Source of the DNA: Vulcanimicrobiota bacterium
GTDB lineage: Bacteria; Vulcanimicrobiota; Vulcanimicrobiia; Vulcanimicrobiales; Vulcanimicrobiaceae
Length of the DNA: 64,000 nt
Assembly: GCA_963777315.1 (NCBI GenBank)
Contig: CAVZQC010000003.1
Location: forward strand, 1-64,000
Direction: 5' to 3'
The notes below the pieces were generated by a model that saw only the letters and a list, made by a program, of their open reading frames with translations, was not told the DNA's origin and did no database searches. The position numbers and the translations under genes are program-made. Shown here piece by piece: positions 9,713 to 19,989 of this stretch (position 1 is the stretch's first letter; each line of letters begins with the position of its first letter).

Positions 9713-11388
9713 TCCATTTCGACGAGGCGCACAAACGGGTTCATCTGCCGGACGATCGACGTATGGTTTTCATCTTGCGACGCCGATACCTCATCTGGCT
9801 CATCGTGCTCATCATCATTCCCATCGTGCTCGCCTGGACGCAAGTGCTCGCGTTCGGCATCCATTCGGCGTTTTCGCCGGTCGCCGGAATCACGGGCAAT
9901 GGCCCGAACGGTGCGCCACGCGGTTTTCCCGTATGGATCCGCTGGACGCATTTTGCAAACCTGCTCTTCCTGTTCTTGCTGATGCGCAGCGGTCTCTCGA
10001 TCCTCATGGACCATCCGCGGCTGTACTGGAACAACAACTGCACGCCGGGGTCTGAATGGCTGCGCCTCACGCCGCTGACCGTTCCCAACGATCGCGTTTG
10101 GACGGCGAAAGAGGATGCACGCTATATTTCACCGCTCATCGCGCTGCCCGGGTATCGGCACACGATCGGAATGGGCCGCTCCTGGCATTTCATCACCGAT
10201 TACGGCTTCATTCTTACCGGCGCCGTTTACGTCATCATGCTGCTCGTCAGCGGGCAGTGGCCGCGCCTGATCCCAACGTCGTGGGCGATCTTTCCGTACG
10301 CGTGGCAGACGTTCGTCCACTACGCGACCTTCCACTTTCCGATCGAGCCAGACGGCTTCTACGCGTACAACGCGTTGCAACAGTTGACGTACTTCGTGGT
10401 CGTGTTCATCATGGCGCCGCTCTCGATCTTGAGCGGGATCGCCATGTCGCCGGCGCTGGATAGCGCCTTCCCGTGGTATCCGCGCGTTTTCGGCGGGCGC
10501 CAAGGAGCCCGGTCAATCCATTTCTTGCTGCTGTGCGGATATATCGCGTTCACCATCGTCCACGTCAGCCTGGTTTTCGCCACTGGAGCGCAGCGAAATT
10601 TCAATCATATCGTTCTGGGCACGGATAACACGCGGCCGCTCGGGCTCATCCTCGGGTGCATCGGTCTTGCGGTCGTCGTGGGATCCTGGATCGCCGCGTA
10701 CGTCATCGCCTGGCGCTATCCGCGTGCGATCCAACGGCTGCACAAAGCGCTGATCCTGCCGCTGGAATTGCGCGTGAGTGCCTGGAAGCGCTTCAATCCG
10801 GCGGAGCGCTATACACGTAAAGACCTCTCACCGTACTTCTGGCCGAACGGCAAGATGCCGAACTCCGATGAATGGAAGCGTCTTGCGGCTGGCGAGTTCC
10901 GCGAGTTCCGCCTGCGCATCAGCGGCTGCGTCGAGAACCCGGTCGATTTAAGCCTGGACGATCTGCGGGCACTCGGACACGACGAACACGTGGCGTTGCA
11001 TCACTGCATTCAAGGCTGGAGCGGGATCGCGCAGTGGGGCGGAGTCTCGCTGGTGCGGTTGATCGATTTGGTGAAGCCGCGCGCCACCGCACGCGCGGTC
11101 GAGTTCATTTCGTTCGGCGATGGCATTTTTGGTGGCGTCTATTACGATACGCAGCGTCTCGAAGACATCATCAAGCCCGAATGTTTACTCGCGTACGAAA
11201 TGAACGATGCGGCGCTTCCGCAGATCCACGGTGCTCCGTTGCGCCTTCGCGTCGAGAATCAACTCGGCTTTAAGATGGTCAAGTGGATCCGCGAGATCCG
11301 CTTTGTCGAAACGGCGAGCGCCGTGGGCAAAGGCTACGGCGGGAAAAACGAAGATGATGAGTATTTCGATCTCTTGCCGTACATTTAG
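9709..11388 (+). CDS. Cytochrome b - molybdopterin oxidoreductase fusion (sulfite oxidase/MsrP-like family)
   Basis: TM helices with His (RWTHF, RSWHF, RSIHF, IVHV); HHCIQGWS Mo-Cys; HGAPLRLRVENQLGFKMVKW. Confidence 0.87.
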   Translation: MIHFDEAHKRVHLPDDRRMVFILRRRYLIWLIVLIIIPIVLAWTQVLAFGIHSAFSPVAGITGNGPNGAPRGFPVWIRWTHFANLLFLFLLMRSGLSILMDHPRLYWNNNCTPGSEWLRLTPLTVPNDRVWTAKEDARYISPLIALPGYRHTIGMGRSWHFITDYGFILTGAVYVIMLLVSGQWPRLIPTSWAIFPYAWQTFVHYATFHFPIEPDGFYAYNALQQLTYFVVVFIMAPLSILSGIAMSPALDSAFPWYPRVFGGRQGARSIHFLLLCGYIAFTIVHVSLVFATGAQRNFNHIVLGTDNTRPLGLILGCIGLAVVVGSWIAAYVIAWRYPRAIQRLHKALILPLELRVSAWKRFNPAERYTRKDLSPYFWPNGKMPNSDEWKRLAAGEFREFRLRISGCVENPVDLSLDDLRALGHDEHVALHHCIQGWSGIAQWGGVSLVRLIDLVKPRATARAVEFISFGDGIFGGVYYDTQRLEDIIKPECLLAYEMNDAALPQIHGAPLRLRVENQLGFKMVKWIREIRFVETASAVGKGYGGKNEDDEYFDLLPYI

Positions 11389-11407
11389 CGTGCACCGCCC
11401 GTCACCG

Positions 11408-12009
11408 TCAACCGAGGGGTAGTATTTCGCGCTCGAACGCGCTGTTGAGCACGATGGCGAGGCGGCATATAAGGCCAACAACGTAGAAAGGATCAAGAAA
11501 TACCCGCCGATGTGGCCGACACTCGCTCGCGCGTCCAAATAGCAGTGCCGCGAGCGTGAACCCGGGCACGAGTGACCAGAGCAGCGCGACGAATGTTGCG
11601 TTGATCTGCAGGCGGCTATGCCCAAGACCAAGGAGATGTACCCGAAGCAGAGCATCCCAACCGCTAGTAGGAGCTGATCGCCCGGTGAGCCGGCGATGAC
11701 TTTTGCATGGTTGAGCCAGAGGTATGTGGCGGTCAACGCATTGTTGGCGCCGTACGAGCAGAACGCCGTCCCGGCGAAGGTAGTGCCGTTGCCGAAGACC
11801 AGGACGCCGGCGACGAACTGCGCGATGCCGGCGAAGATCAGCCCGGAGCGGACAGCGGCGATAAGCGAGTTGGTAGACGCGAAACCGCCGAAGACCAAGG
11901 CGATCACAAGCGTTCCGACGGCGAATCCCAAGAGCCCCATCGCGCTGGGATCGGTGGGCGCTAGGTCTAGCGTTTCAGGCTGGTCGTGTTTGTGCGATGC
12001 CGTGGTCAT
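11408..12009 (-). pseudogene. GPR1/FUN34/YaaH (SatP) acetate transporter, frameshifted
   Basis: DPSAMGLLGFAVGT, GIAQFVAG, FAGTAFCSYG; later TM segments (INATFVALLWSLVPGF; IVLNSAFEREILPLG*) are in other frames. Confidence 0.75.
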
Positions 12010-12165
12010 GGGGGCGAAGTTCCTCGAAAACTGCACGAATCGACGAGGCTGGAGAACGGCACGTAGGTTTTGCAAGCCGGAACACGGCGGCACCGGCTGA
12101 GACGGCATCTCACAGATAAGCGGGATCTTCGACGCGTAACGCCCGCTTCCTGAGGCGAGACCTTC

Positions 12166-12208
12166 TGCCTAAAACCGCACAGAGTTGCCGGCTTCGCCGG
12201 TTTAGACT
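12166..12208 (+). promoter_or_regulatory. Crp-type box copy C (TGCCTAAAACCGCACA) + 21 bp + -10 TAGACT
   Basis: Consensus copy of the repeated motif. Confidence 0.78.
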
Positions 12209-12355
12209 GTACTGGTGCAACCTCGCCGTTCGGTGTGTACCGCTTTCCTCATCGTTCGCAGAAGGCCGCCGATAGACAATTACGCGTTGAAATGAGCCAC
12301 GGAAGGTCGGCGCTGTCCTGGCGGCGATTCCGGCATTTCTCGAAGGAGATATGAT

Positions 12356-12568
12356 ATGGCTACTAAGCAAAAGACGTTCAAGACGATCCCCGTTGGTACC
12401 AAAGTATCGTGGCATTACCGCAGTGCCATCGGTCATGGAACGGTCACCGGCGTGTTCAAGATGGGCACCAACGCAGATAACACAATGTACAGCGTGCACG
12501 AGACTGATCACCACCCGGGCGAACCAGACATCGTGCACCATACCGGCAAAGCACTCAGTCGCGCATGA
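12356..12568 (+). CDS. DUF2945 / Tudor-like small protein
   Basis: GTKVSW...GTV...HTGKALS pattern; strong RBS GAAGGAG. Confidence 0.75.
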   Translation: MATKQKTFKTIPVGTKVSWHYRSAIGHGTVTGVFKMGTNADNTMYSVHETDHHPGEPDIVHHTGKALSRA

Positions 12569-12689
12569 GTTTTCACGACCTCAAGGTTGCGGTTTCGCCC
12601 GCCAGGCTCTAGAGCTTTGAAATCGACAGTTGCGTCCGCTGCAATGCTCCGGATTATTTGGTCATGCTGGCGCCGATGACGACCGATCG

Positions 12690-12790
12690 TCGGCGATTTT
12701 TTCGGGCTTGGCCATCCGCCGCAGTGGAATTTCAACAAGCAGCGCCCGACATTTCTCCGCATTTGTTTCAGGGTTCTCGTCCATCATTGT
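12690..12790 (-). pseudogene. Possible SDR C-terminal remnant
   Basis: AEKCRALLVEIPLRRMAKPEKIAD resembles the IPLxRxxxPEEIA motif of glucose dehydrogenase-type SDRs. Confidence 0.4.
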
Positions 12791-12936
12791 ATAGAGCCTA
12801 GAATCGGCGACAGGTAATTCGACCCAGGCCAAGCGCCCACACGGTTCCATGGCAGGGGTGTATCGAGCGGCCCCAGGTGAAGCAAGGGGACGACGCACTT
12901 AGCCAACCGCGCGAAAAGCGCGACTCCGGATTCCCT

Positions 12937-12979
12937 TGTCTAAAACCGCGCGGATTTGCCCATGGCGGCGAGTTAGACT
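12937..12979 (+). promoter_or_regulatory. Crp-type box copy D (TGTCTAAAACCGCGCG) + 21 bp + -10 TAGACT
   Basis: Repeated motif upstream of the truncated glycosyltransferase. Confidence 0.72.
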
Positions 12980-13154
12980 GTACTTTGAGAGTACCGTGAT
13001 TGGAGAGTCACTGATTGATCGCGATGAATGAAAACAAAAGCTGCAATGCTGCAACGCGCCCGCGACATCCTCAATCTAAGACAGGCAGCTTCATGTCGGG
13101 GATGGCCTAAGATTGACCTCCACGCCAACGTCGCGATAGCTACGGAGCGGCCCC

Positions 13155-13646
13155 ATGATAAGAAATGAACGTTTGGTTTCCGACAAACGGCCTGCGAAAG
13201 TTGCCGTATCGAGCGCGGTGACTGTGCCCACGCTTTTTGTGGGATCTTTTCCATCCCGGGAATGCGGCATCGCCACCTTTACGAAAGACATCGTCGACAG
13301 TTACGATGCGCACGGCAGGTCTCGGAGCCACGTCGTTGCAATCGACGATCGGTCGGATTTTGGTTACGTCCACGACTCTCGGGTCATCGGCCGCATCAAG
13401 GCGAATGAGCGCCCATCGTATTATGAGGCCGCGTCACTGGCCAATCGTCATCGGTGCGGCGTGGTCAACATACAACACGAATACGGGCTGTTCGGTGGGC
13501 AAAACGGTGAGTGGTGTCTTGACTTCATTAGCGCATTGAAGAAACCCGTCGTCCTCACCTTGCATACGGTTGTTCCGGCGCCGAACTCGGACCCCGTGAT
13601 CATCCGTCGCGAAAAGCAACATGAAGAAGCTGTTGACAAAATGTAA
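13155..13646 (+). pseudogene. GT4 glycosyltransferase N-terminal fragment
   Basis: FPSRECGIATFT, NIQHEYGLFGG and PVVLTLHTV; similarity stops near 13590 and there is no C-terminal domain. Confidence 0.75.
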
Positions 13647-13902
13647 GATGATGATCTAAGGCGGGAATTCGAACATATAAGGGCGTCTCTTATGAGAGAT
13701 CCCCAATAGGCGGCGCCGTTACGCGCCTGCATGCGGCCCGTCGGGCTCGGAGATGAGCGTGATCCGACCATTATTCGTAGCATTTTACGCCATGGCCCGG
13801 AAAAGAGCACGGCCACTGCCCGAAAGACGACCGATGCTGCAAGTCGGGCTATGGGGCCAGCAGATAGTCTTCGTTATACGCGGTCGAATGCGGAGATCCG
13901 AT

Positions 13903-14643
13903 TTAATAGCCCGTATATTCTTCGACGCGGACGTCATCGCTGGAAACGCCGGTTCCGGTAAGCATGGCCTTCAGGCCCTTTACCATCCCAGGCGGTCCGG
14001 TGATGTAATAGATGGCGTTCTGCGTCGCATCGGCATAGTTTGCCAACAGTGCGGCGTCGATCTGACGCGTCTCGCCATCCCAGGGCTGCTTGGAGTCTTT
14101 CATATCGGTCATCGTCGCAACCAAGGAGTAGTTGGGATTGGTTTGTTGTAACGCTTGTAGTTCGGCCAAGAACGCTGCGTCTTCCGGACGACGGTTGGAG
14201 TAGAACAACACGATCCGATGAGGAAGTTTCAGGTGAGCCGCCTGGAAAACGATGCTGCGAAACGTCGTTACGCCAATGCCTCCAGTGAGCAACACCGCCG
14301 GGCGAGCAGCATTCTCGTGTAACGTTAGATCTCCAAATGGTCCTTCGATCCTCGCTCCGCTCCCTAACGGTTCCGATTTCAGGACTCGTTTGAACGCCGT
14401 ATCTCGCATGCGCGTAGTAATCATGATGGAATCTTCATAGGGTGCGCTTGCGATGGAAAACCCGCGCTTATTACCTTCGCCGTCCGTCTCGGGTGGATTC
14501 GGAAGCGTGATGTCGATGAACTGTCCCGCGATAAACGTCCAATCCGGTGGCTTTTGAAATTCGAAAGCCATCGTGCCCTCGGCCACTTGCCGGCGTGCCT
14601 TGAGTGGGGATAAAAATGTCGGCCACGTTGTTGCAGTTTCCAC
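13903..14643 (-). CDS. FNR-like FAD/NAD(P)-binding oxidoreductase
   Basis: RGFSIAS, GPFG, TGGIGVT, YITGPPGMV, EEYTGY; GTG start after GAAGG. Confidence 0.9.
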   Translation of the reverse strand: METATTWPTFLSPLKARRQVAEGTMAFEFQKPPDWTFIAGQFIDITLPNPPETDGEGNKRGFSIASAPYEDSIMITTRMRDTAFKRVLKSEPLGSGARIEGPFGDLTLHENAARPAVLLTGGIGVTTFRSIVFQAAHLKLPHRIVLFYSNRRPEDAAFLAELQALQQTNPNYSLVATMTDMKDSKQPWDGETRQIDAALLANYADATQNAIYYITGPPGMVKGLKAMLTGTGVSSDDVRVEEYTGY

Positions 14644-14709
14644 GTTCCAACCTTCGATAAATCGCAACTGACAACCTACAGCCGCAGCGCCGTTCCACGA
14701 GGGAACCTT

Positions 14710-14752
14710 TGCCTAAAACCGCACAGAACTGCACGCCTCGTGCAGTTAGACT
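14710..14752 (+). promoter_or_regulatory. Crp-type box copy E (TGCCTAAAACCGCACA) + 21 bp + -10 TAGACT
   Basis: Consensus copy in a divergent intergenic region. Confidence 0.78.
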
Positions 14753-14953
14753 GTAGTGGCAGAACTTCGGATATTTGGATACGTGGTTTTGCGGCTTAGT
14801 TTAAGCGTGCCTGACCGCGTGTGACGCGTGCGCAGCTGGCACGACGGAATGCTTCGTGCTCTTCCTTCCTATCGCCGCGATTTTCAAACTCCGCACCGTC
14901 GTCCACCATATGCTGATGTTCGCACCTCTCGCGACGCTTGGAGCAACTGTTAC

Positions 14954-15565
14954 ATGATCAAACATCTCACTGCAACCTCAATTACAGCCATCGTGCTGCT
15001 TACGTCCGCCGTTCCATTCGCCGCGTTGGGAGCAGCGATGAACCGCTACGGCGGTCCCGTGTACACAGGCGCGCCGGCTCTCGGCACGACGGCGGCCTTG
15101 GTGAAAGCCGGCGGCGGGGCCGGACATTTTTCGCTCGCCACCGCGCTGACCTCAATGGTCGGCCCCAAACTCGTCAACGATGAGGTTGGAAAGTTGACGA
15201 AGCAGTACGGGAAGCACGCCGTCAGTCAATGGATGACAGGGTTTAATTTTTCGGTGGAAGATTCGTTGCGGCTTGCCGCCAAGGCCGGCGTCAGTCTTCC
15301 AAGTCCGACCGCCGACTTACACGGCAAAGCGCTAGCGGCTGCGCTCGTTAGTGCAGGCGTCGACCCGCAAACCAATGTGTTCTGGGCCGGTCGACTGTAC
15401 GACAAGACGGTCACTCACGCAATCCACGATCAAGCAATGAACGATATCGACGCCAAGTACGGCGCAACGACGGATATGATCACGCACAAAATTAGCAACC
15501 AAGCGATGTACGATCTTGCGCACTCGCTGGGCGATACACATGTACGTCTTGCGTCGCTGCACTGA
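14954..15565 (+). CDS. Secreted hypothetical protein with helical, His-containing C-terminus
   Basis: Signal peptide; [22 protein letters not shown]...LASLH. Confidence 0.75.
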   Translation: MIKHLTATSITAIVLLTSAVPFAALGAAMNRYGGPVYTGAPALGTTAALVKAGGGAGHFSLATALTSMVGPKLVNDEVGKLTKQYGKHAVSQWMTGFNFSVEDSLRLAAKAGVSLPSPTADLHGKALAAALVSAGVDPQTNVFWAGRLYDKTVTHAIHDQAMNDIDAKYGATTDMITHKISNQAMYDLAHSLGDTHVRLASLH

Positions 15566-15582
15566 ACTGGAGCACGCAAATC

Positions 15583-16422
15583 ATGTTTGCATCTATTCCA
15601 TTCCTCGTCGTTTACGCCATCATCGTGTTGCTGCTGATTGCCTCGGTAAAGATTATGCGCGAGTACGAACGGGCTGTGCTCTTTCACCTTGGCCGCTTCC
15701 GTAGCGTCAAAGGCCCAGGGCTGATTCTGGTGATTCCGTTCATCCAGCAAATCGTACGCGTGGATCTGCGTGTGGTGGTCATGGAAGTGCCGACGCAGGA
15801 TGTAATATCGAAGGACAACGTGTCGATGAAGGTTGACGCGGTCCTATATTTCCGCGTGGTCGACGCGGAGAAAGCCATCATTCAGGTCGAAAACTTCTTG
15901 CCCGCCACGAATATGCTTGCCCAGACGACTCTACGGTCGGTGCTCGGCGAGCATGAGCTTGACGAGATGCTGTCTGAGCGAAATAAACTCAACGCCGACG
16001 TGCAGACGATCGTAGACGCGCAAACGGAAGCCTGGGGAATTAAAGTCAGCAACGTTGAGATTCGCACGGTCGAGTTGACGGAAAACATGATTCGGGCAAT
16101 TGCGAAGCAAGCCGAAGCGGAGCGCGACCGGCGCGCGAAAGTCATTCATGCCGAAGCCGAGTTCCAGGCTGCACAGAATCTGGTCAATGCTGCGCAAATT
16201 CTTGCGAGTATTCCCGCGGCCATGCAACTGCGCTATCTCCAAACGCTCAGCGAGATCGGCGCAGAACAAAACTCCACAACGATCTTCCCGATGCCCATAG
16301 ACCTCATCAAGCCGTTCTTGGAAATTCTTGATAAAAAAGCGGCAGTGCCCGTATCCCTTGTTGCTACGGACATGTCGATACCCGCTCCGGATTCGAACGG
16401 ACGGCCGCTGAGCCCAACGTAA
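15583..16422 (+). CDS. SPFH/slipin (stomatin-like) protein
   Basis: N-terminal [31 protein letters not shown]. Confidence 0.93.
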   Translation: MFASIPFLVVYAIIVLLLIASVKIMREYERAVLFHLGRFRSVKGPGLILVIPFIQQIVRVDLRVVVMEVPTQDVISKDNVSMKVDAVLYFRVVDAEKAIIQVENFLPATNMLAQTTLRSVLGEHELDEMLSERNKLNADVQTIVDAQTEAWGIKVSNVEIRTVELTENMIRAIAKQAEAERDRRAKVIHAEAEFQAAQNLVNAAQILASIPAAMQLRYLQTLSEIGAEQNSTTIFPMPIDLIKPFLEILDKKAAVPVSLVATDMSIPAPDSNGRPLSPT

Positions 16423-16591
16423 CGCTCATGCGTAAGTCTCGAGTAGACTTTTGGTATTCCCGCACCGCAGCATAACCCCGTCAGCCTGGCGAGGAAATCG
16501 CGATTCTGGGCCCTTTGGAGGGATAAAGTCAGCACCGTATCTTTTTTCTGATGGCCGTGCTTGTTAGCGCAAAAGCTCAGTCGTTAGGGTC

Positions 16592-17350
16592 ATGAGCGAG
16601 ACGCTTAGCGCGCAGGTCGGCGCTCGCGGCCTTGGCTCGACGGATCGTCAGGACCGTTGGTGGCTCGCGCCGGCTGCGGGCGGCCTTGGGCTCGCGATCT
16701 TCATTGTCTACTCGACTTGGGCGGCATTCGCCGGCGTTGACTTCAGCTACGGACCCTATCTATCGCCATTTTATTCGCCGTATTTTCGGCCGGCGTGGTT
16801 CCCGCTTTCCGGTTCATTGCTCGTCCTGTGGGTTCCGCTCGGTTTTCGCTTGAGTTGCTATTACTATCGAAAATTGTACTATCGATCGTATTTCTTGAGC
16901 CCGCCCGCGTGCGATGTGAGCGAGCCGTCACGCACCTACACCGGCGAAACCGCCTTTCCGCTGAAATATCTGCCGATGGTGCACCGCTGGTTTCTCTATC
17001 TCTCGATCGTGGTGCTGATTTGGCTGTGGATCGATGCCTTTAGAGCCTTTGATTTCGGCGGCCGTTTCGGCATCGGACTCGGAACGCTCGTCATGCTGGT
17101 GAACGTCGTTCTCTTAAGCGGATTCACGTTCGGCTGCCATGCGCTGCGAAACGCCGTCGGCGGCAACTTACGGTGCTTTTCGTGCGCGGCGTGCGGCGGT
17201 GTGCGCTATGGTGTCTGGCGGACCGTGACCCGGCTCACGATGCAGCATCAATTCTGGGCGTGGCTGAGTTTGTACGGAGTGGGGCTCACGGACTTGTATA
17301 TCCGGCTGTGCGCGATGGGAGCGATCAACGACCCGAGGTTGCTTTTCTGA
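16592..17350 (+). CDS. Succinate dehydrogenase membrane anchor, actinobacterial Sdh1 type
   Basis: YLSPFYSP, FRLSCYYYRKLYYRSY, YTGETAFPL and GCHALR motifs; upstream of sdhA/B. Confidence 0.85.
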   Translation: MSETLSAQVGARGLGSTDRQDRWWLAPAAGGLGLAIFIVYSTWAAFAGVDFSYGPYLSPFYSPYFRPAWFPLSGSLLVLWVPLGFRLSCYYYRKLYYRSYFLSPPACDVSEPSRTYTGETAFPLKYLPMVHRWFLYLSIVVLIWLWIDAFRAFDFGGRFGIGLGTLVMLVNVVLLSGFTFGCHALRNAVGGNLRCFSCAACGGVRYGVWRTVTRLTMQHQFWAWLSLYGVGLTDLYIRLCAMGAINDPRLLF

Positions 17351-19158
17351 TGGATGAAAGCGGACATCCGGTTTATCGCGCGGACGTTCTGGTCATCGGA
17401 GCGGGCGGCGCAGGACTTCGGGCAGCGATCGAAGCTCCGGCAGCCGGTGCGCACGTGGCGATCGTCTGCAAATCGCTTCTCGGCAAAGCGCACACGGTCG
17501 TCGCCGAAGGCGGCATCGCCGCGGCAATCGGCAGCGTAGATCGGGAAGACACGTGGCAAGTCCATTTCCGCGATACGATGGCCGGCGGTAAATACGTCAA
17601 CGATTGGCGGATGGCGGAACTGCTTGCGCGCGAAGCGCCGGGTGAGATTCATAATCTCGAGCAGTGGGGCGCGCTCTTCGATCGCACGCCGGAGGGCGGC
17701 ATCATGCAGCGGCTTTTCGGCGGGCACACCTTTAGCCGGCTGGTTCAGGTTGCGGACCGAACCGGGATCGAACTCATTCGAACGCTACAAGACCGAACCG
17801 TGGAACTTAAGCTCGACGTGTACATGGAGTATACGATTACGCGGCTGCTGCTGCGCGACGGACGCATCGCCGGCGCAGCGGGCTACGTTCGCGAAACGGG
17901 CCGCTTCGTGGTGTTCGAGGCGCCCGCCGTGATCGTGGCCACCGGCGGTTCCGGACGACTGTACTCCGTCACGTCGAACTCCTGGGAAGGCACGGGTGAC
18001 GGCCACGCGCTCGCGTTCGCCGCCGGCGCCGAACTCATCGACATGGAATTCGTGCAGTTTCACCCGACCGGCATGGTGTGGCCCTTAAGCGTGCGCGGCA
18101 TTCTGGTCACCGAATCGGTGCGCGGCGAGGGTGGCATTCTTACGAACAGCACGGGCGAGCGGTTCATGCAGCGCTACGACCCGAAACGCATGGAACTTTC
18201 CACGCGCGACATCGTCGCGCGCGCGATTCATACCGAGGTTACCGAGGGGCGCGGCTCGCCGCACGGCGGCGCATTCTTGTCGATCGCGCACAAGTCCGCA
18301 AAGTTCATCAAACGGAAATTGCCCTCAATGTACAGCCAGTTCATGGAGTTCGCACACGTGGATATTACCAAGGAGCCGATGGAGGTGTACCCCACGACGC
18401 ATTACATCATGGGCGGTATCCGTGTCGATCCCGAAACTGCGGCGACGACCGTACCTGGCTTGTTCGCCGCCGGCGAATGCGCGGGTGGTTTGCACGGCGC
18501 GAATCGGCTGGGCGGAAACTCGCTCTCCGATCTGCTCGTCTTCGGCCGGCGAGCCGGCGCGGCTGCGGCGGCGTATGCGCGCAGCGCCGACCGCCCTATG
18601 CCAGAGCCGCTGCAGATCGAATGTGCGGAGCACGAGATGCTCGCGCCTTTCGAGCCCGGCGATGGCGAGAATCCATTCGCGGTGCAGGAAGATCTGCAGA
18701 GCATGATGATGGCAAACGTCGGCGTGTTTCGCACGGAGCAGGGATTGCGGAATGCGCTCGACCGGCTAGACGGCCTTCGCAGACGGGCCGCCAATGCGCG
18801 CGCTACCGGTTCAAGGCTCTACAATCCGGGTTGGCACACGGCGCTCGACCTCAAGCACATGGTGCAGATCGCCGAAGCGATCGTGCGGGCCGCGCTGCTG
18901 CGATGCGAGAGCCGTGGTGCCCACACACGCGTCGATTTTCCAGCTTTGGACGGTGCACTGGAAAAGGTCAATACGGTGACAACGATGGTCGATGGAGCAA
19001 TGCAGACGACGTTCGTCGAGCGCGCGCGCATGCCGGGTAATCTCGCACGTATCCTGTTCCCAAACGTTGCCTCCAACGGCGAACTGACGGGATACGATAA
19101 AACGCTGGCCGATTCGTTTCCCGCCAGCGATCCGCCGCCCGGACCGTTGACGATCTAA
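17350..19158 (+). CDS. sdhA: Succinate dehydrogenase/fumarate reductase flavoprotein subunit
   Basis: GAGGAG, KAHTVVAEGG (FAD-His), QFHPTG, THYIMGG, HGANRLGGNSL, ESRGAH. Confidence 0.92.
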   Translation: MDESGHPVYRADVLVIGAGGAGLRAAIEAPAAGAHVAIVCKSLLGKAHTVVAEGGIAAAIGSVDREDTWQVHFRDTMAGGKYVNDWRMAELLAREAPGEIHNLEQWGALFDRTPEGGIMQRLFGGHTFSRLVQVADRTGIELIRTLQDRTVELKLDVYMEYTITRLLLRDGRIAGAAGYVRETGRFVVFEAPAVIVATGGSGRLYSVTSNSWEGTGDGHALAFAAGAELIDMEFVQFHPTGMVWPLSVRGILVTESVRGEGGILTNSTGERFMQRYDPKRMELSTRDIVARAIHTEVTEGRGSPHGGAFLSIAHKSAKFIKRKLPSMYSQFMEFAHVDITKEPMEVYPTTHYIMGGIRVDPETAATTVPGLFAAGECAGGLHGANRLGGNSLSDLLVFGRRAGAAAAAYARSADRPMPEPLQIECAEHEMLAPFEPGDGENPFAVQEDLQSMMMANVGVFRTEQGLRNALDRLDGLRRRAANARATGSRLYNPGWHTALDLKHMVQIAEAIVRAALLRCESRGAHTRVDFPALDGALEKVNTVTTMVDGAMQTTFVERARMPGNLARILFPNVASNGELTGYDKTLADSFPASDPPPGPLTI

Positions 19159-19989
19159 TGCGCATGCCGCAACCACTTGCGCTCGAACGCACACCGACGG
19201 ACCAGCTCGATGCGCGCCGTGCGCAGACGGGGCAAATGGTGACGCTGCGGATCAATCGCGGCGAAAAGGGTGACGTGGCCGGAACTTGGGTCGATTTTGC
19301 CGTTCCGCTCGAGCCCGGCATGGTGGTTCTGGATGCGGTCTTGTACGTCCAAGCGCATTTCGCCAATGACCTTGCCGTCCGCTGGAACTGCAAGGCGGCG
19401 AAGTGCGGGTCGTGCTCGGCCGAAGTCTGCGGCCGTCCGAAGCTCGATGTGCCGCACGCGGCTGGAAGAACTGGACTGCAAAGAACCGATCCTGGTTCAG
19501 CCGCTCCAGACGTTTCCGCGGATTCGCGACCTGGTTACCGACGTATCGTGGAACTATCGCGTGAACCAGACGATCCCGCCGTTCAAGCCGCGTTCCGACC
19601 GGGAGTGGCGGTTTTATCAGCGCGACGTCAATCGCGCGCAGGAGATGCGCAAATGCATCGAGTGCTTTTTGTGTCAAGATGTCTGCCACGTCCTGCGTTA
19701 TCAGACCGAGGTGAAGCCTCGATACGCCGGGCCCCGCTTCTACGTTCGAATCCTCGGCCTTGACGCTCATCCAATGGACAGCGAGAATCGGCTCGAACTG
19801 CTCAAGGGTGAAGCCGGCATCGGATTATGCAACGTCACGAAATGCTGCACGGAAGTGTGCCCTGCGTACATCGAGATCACCGATAATGCGATCATTCCGG
19901 CGAAGGAGCGCATCGTCGACGCGTATCACGACCCACTCAGAACGCTGTTTCATAAAGTGCGCCTCTTGATGAAGCGCAAGTCATCGTAA
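19158..19989 (+). CDS. sdhB: Succinate dehydrogenase/fumarate reductase Fe-S subunit, frameshifted at about 19446
   Basis: CKAAKCGSC in the first frame; MC, CIECFLCQDVC and CNVTKCCTEVCP in the second. Removing G19446 restores RPKLMCRTRL. Confidence 0.88.

Noticed and set aside
12937..12979. Repeated motif as integron attC (GYCTAA...GTTAGAC resembles the R''/R' cores)
   Set aside because: About 42 bp is shorter than known attC sites, the left core is TAAA rather than TAAC, several copies lack GTTRRRY, copies sit upstream of operons, and there is no integrase.
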